The position numbers were made by a program, and so were the translations under genes. Under the pieces are notes generated by a model. The model was not told the origin of the DNA. It did no database searches and saw only the letters and a program-made list of their open reading frames with translations. A stretch of 64,000 bases of DNA from assembly GCA_016703895.1 (NCBI GenBank), contig JADJBE010000026.1, forward strand, positions 320,814-384,813. The letters are read 5' to 3'. The DNA comes from Pseudomonadota bacterium (GTDB lineage: Bacteria > Pseudomonadota > Gammaproteobacteria > Steroidobacterales > Steroidobacteraceae). This document shows positions 63,873-64,000 of this stretch, piece after piece; positions within the stretch are counted from its first letter, which is position 1; the number at the start of each line of letters is the position of its first letter.

Positions 63873-64000
63873 TTAGCGGTTGGCGCGTGACGCGCGTCTC
63901 ACTCGCCAGGCGCTGTCTTCGCGGACAAGCTCGACCACGTAGCGCTCGCCATCGGCGGCGAAGCGCGATTCATCGTCGATGCCAGTGGAACGCTGGCCGA
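63873..64000 (-). CDS. 3' end of an unidentified gene (starts beyond the window end)
   Basis: The reverse strand reads ..GQRSTGIDDESRFAADGERYVVELVREDSAWRVRRASRANR* with TAA at 63875-63873. Only 41 codons are visible, and no family can be assigned. Confidence 0.4.
   Translation of the reverse strand, partial: GQRSTGIDDESRFAADGERYVVELVREDSAWRVRRASRANR

Overview
High-GC (by eye, not computed) proteobacterial chromosome segment with gene order resembling Xanthomonadales/Nevskiales-type Gammaproteobacteria. Most of it is housekeeping: trmB, ampG, xthA, pyrE, dut-coaBC, radC, rpmB-rpmG, mutM, ggt, coaD, rsmD, ftsYEX-rpoH, gltBD and one tRNA-Gly(CCC). Interspersed accessory blocks are paralogous Tat-signal DUF1838-like proteins, a TPP-enzyme/MFS/P450 cluster, an OmpR-type two-component system, a yqjDEK-like operon and an orphan hutH. 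I recognised no CRISPR array, transposase, integrase or prophage genes.

The strongest candidate for an undescribed system is the co-directional block at 51.3-63.6 kb on the minus strand. It encodes a Sec-signal giant protein of about 2,640 aa (10 DUF11 modules plus SdrD-B/Cna-B-like modules). Its stop overlaps (TAATG) the start of a roughly 1,080-aa outer-membrane beta-barrel with an N-terminal Big_1-like Ig domain. Next come an OmpA-family lipoprotein with thrombospondin-type-3 calcium repeats and a stand-alone degenerate GGDEF protein (CEDRF) that keeps the RxxD I-site.

Other items worth a second look:
- A 450-bp lower-GC gene-free gap between convergent genes (35956-36408) that ends in a near-perfect intrinsic terminator, possibly an sRNA.
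- Seven disrupted genes in the first 40 kb (six single-nucleotide frameshifts, four of them at homopolymers, and one in-frame TAG). They include rpoH and pyrE, which argues for sequence errors rather than real decay.
- A mutM whose start codon is followed by a (GCC)4-encoded PPP insertion ahead of the catalytic PELPEVE N-terminus.
- A tRNA-Gly whose 3' end lies 8 nt from the next start codon.

All family assignments come from reading motifs in the supplied translations; no database search was run.
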